This document shows positions 24,646-25,135 of a stretch of 25,135 nt of DNA, piece after piece. Numbering within the stretch: the first letter of the stretch is position 1; each line of letters begins with the position of its first letter. Position numbers and translations under genes: made by a program. Source of the DNA: Candidatus Rifleibacteriota bacterium (GTDB lineage: Bacteria; Muiribacteriota; Ozemobacteria; Ozemobacterales; Ozemobacteraceae); the NCBI GenBank assembly GCA_051747585.1, contig JBNJGH010000041.1:1-25135 (forward strand), in the 5' to 3' direction. The notes under the pieces were generated by a model. That model was given only the letters and a program-made list of their open reading frames with translations. It made no database searches and was not told where the DNA came from.

Positions 24646-25135
24646 TTAGTCTTTTTGCTCATCAGTAGCTGTTGAAGATTCCGCTTCATTTACACAGCTG
24701 CCATCTCTACGCCCGTAGCCTCTTCTGCCATATCCGCGTCTGGCACATCGACCACGGCCTCGGCCCTGTTTGAAGGCCGCCCGGCTTTGATTACCGGAAT
24801 TTTGAGCAGAGCGGTTAAATGCACAAGAACCGTCTCGCTTTCTTAATCTGAGTCGTTGAGCTGAACCATTCTGCTGTCCGCGCCCCAGGCCTTTTCCATT
24901 ACCCTTATTTCGGTGCAGTCGTTCGCCAGCTTTAGCACCAAAACCTGTGCCATCACGAGGGCGTGGTTTGGTTCCGTCACCATAGCCGCGGCCAGTGCCG
25001 TCGCACTTGGTGTTTTTAACTGTTTCATTGTCAGCAACATTTTCTTGAGTGTCGACTGAACCGCTCTCAGTCTGAACTGCAGCCTGTTCTACGTTACCAG
25101 CACTCTGGGAAGCAATACTCTCTTGAGCTGCCACT
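24646..25135 (-). CDS. Partial (5'-truncated) Gly/Arg-rich low-complexity protein with DGTG/RDGSC motifs
   Basis: Frame is open to the window edge. Contains CDGTGRGYGDG, RDGTGFG, RDGSC twice and RRGYG twice, and ends just before the bidirectional terminator. Confidence 0.7.
   Translation of the reverse strand, partial: VAAQESIASQSAGNVEQAAVQTESGSVDTQENVADNETVKNTKCDGTGRGYGDGTKPRPRDGTGFGAKAGERLHRNKGNGKGLGRGQQNGSAQRLRLRKRDGSCAFNRSAQNSGNQSRAAFKQGRGRGRCARRGYGRRGYGRRDGSCVNEAESSTATDEQKD

Noticed and set aside
1..25135. CRISPR arrays, tRNA/rRNA genes, IS elements, prophage or known defence systems
   Set aside because: No regularly spaced repeats, RNA-gene signatures, or transposase, integrase or phage motifs seen; intergenic spaces are short and accounted for.

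Overview
A gene-dense, roughly 42% GC window from what looks like the core chromosome of an anaerobic bacterium. I see no rRNA, tRNA, CRISPR array, transposase or prophage genes. Most genes are on the minus strand. One probable operon runs glnA > 368-aa orphan > pcrA/uvrD > membrane-anchored CBM48-like protein > multi-GAF HD-GYP phosphodiesterase, with a PfkB kinase gene divergent from it. Next are a hybrid histidine kinase and pyruvate:ferredoxin oxidoreductase (nifJ), then a hit-rpsU-nfeD-nfeD-floA-yqfB-like-plsC-like cluster, a divergent heterodimeric ABC exporter, and a partial Gly/Arg-rich gene at the right edge. Two things stand out. (1) The 368-aa ORF directly upstream of pcrA reads as a complete, free-standing intein (HINT blocks A, B, F, G plus a GIY-YIG-like insert) with every splicing residue replaced, and the neighbouring helicase has no intein. 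It is a candidate domesticated intein. (2) The ABC exporter is preceded by an unannotated promoter, a 20-codon leader ORF, an antiterminator and a terminator, which together look like a ribosome-dependent attenuator. All family calls come from motif reading by eye; no database searches were run.
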